Source of the DNA: Octopus sinensis
Lineage: Eukaryota
Assembly: GCF_006345805.1 (NCBI RefSeq)
Contig: NC_043003.1
Span: forward strand, 114,886,001-114,950,000
Direction of reading: 5' to 3'
DNA: 64,000 nucleotides
Positions within the stretch are counted from its first letter, which is position 1, and every line of letters starts with the position of its first letter. The notes beneath the pieces are model-generated. The model was not told the DNA's origin and did not search any database. It saw only the letters and a list, made by a program, of their open reading frames with translations. The translations under genes were made by a program, and so were the position numbers. Below, in pieces: positions 63,553 to 64,000 of this stretch.

Positions 63553-64000
63553 GTATGTTTGTCTTGACCACGATAGAAGCTTCATTGATGATATTAGATA
63601 AAGAACTAAGATGATTTTTATGATCTAAAATAGTGCAACGCTCGTAGACATAATAAATTTTTGGAAATATAATCATTGAATGAAAACAATATAAATTTGT
63701 TACCAGTTCGAATATGATTAAGGCATATTCGAACTTGTAAGAAAGTCATTCGCCGTATTTTTTTCATGAAAAAAATTCTGACTTATAGACAAATAGGTGC
63801 AAACCTACCAATTCAGTTCCAAGCATTCCTTATTCAGACTGATTAATGCATGTATTTCGGAGTAGTTATGTTCGATTCAGTCTCAGACACTGGAAAGTAG
63901 TGGTGCTGTGAACTGACAATGAGACGTGTCCACGTCCTCTCCGCCGATTAGCGCTACCAGTCACAGTTCCCTAAGTGAAATATAATAAAAGAGACTTGTC

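Overview
Eukaryotic, AT-rich, repeat-dominated DNA. The SINE families look like those I recall from Octopus, so cephalopod origin is an inference, not a search result. No host protein-coding gene can be supported: nearly all ORFs in the track are microsatellite translations or transposon remnants, and there is only one weak candidate exon (63485-63552). Contents: (1) four tRNA-headed SINE families in many copies; (2) two clusters (about 10.6-18.7 kb and 53.0-56.6 kb) of R4/Dong-clade non-LTR retrotransposons (RT plus restriction-like endonuclease) stacked in (TAA)n microsatellites, including a near full-length 3.9 kb copy, an internally deleted copy, and a non-coding ~545 bp element with no recognisable SINE head that uses the same TAA target; (3) many short fold-back elements, mostly in (TA)n tracts, several carrying hammerhead ribozyme motifs with palindromic stem III, plus a decayed Penelope GIY-YIG ORF that could represent their partner; (4) RTE, Tx1/L1, mariner, MITE and Helitron-like fragments; (5) abundant simple repeats. 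The most interesting signals are the set of hammerhead-bearing fold-back mini-elements and the TAA-targeted LINE/non-autonomous arrays. Coordinates were read by eye and are approximate to a few bases unless stated.
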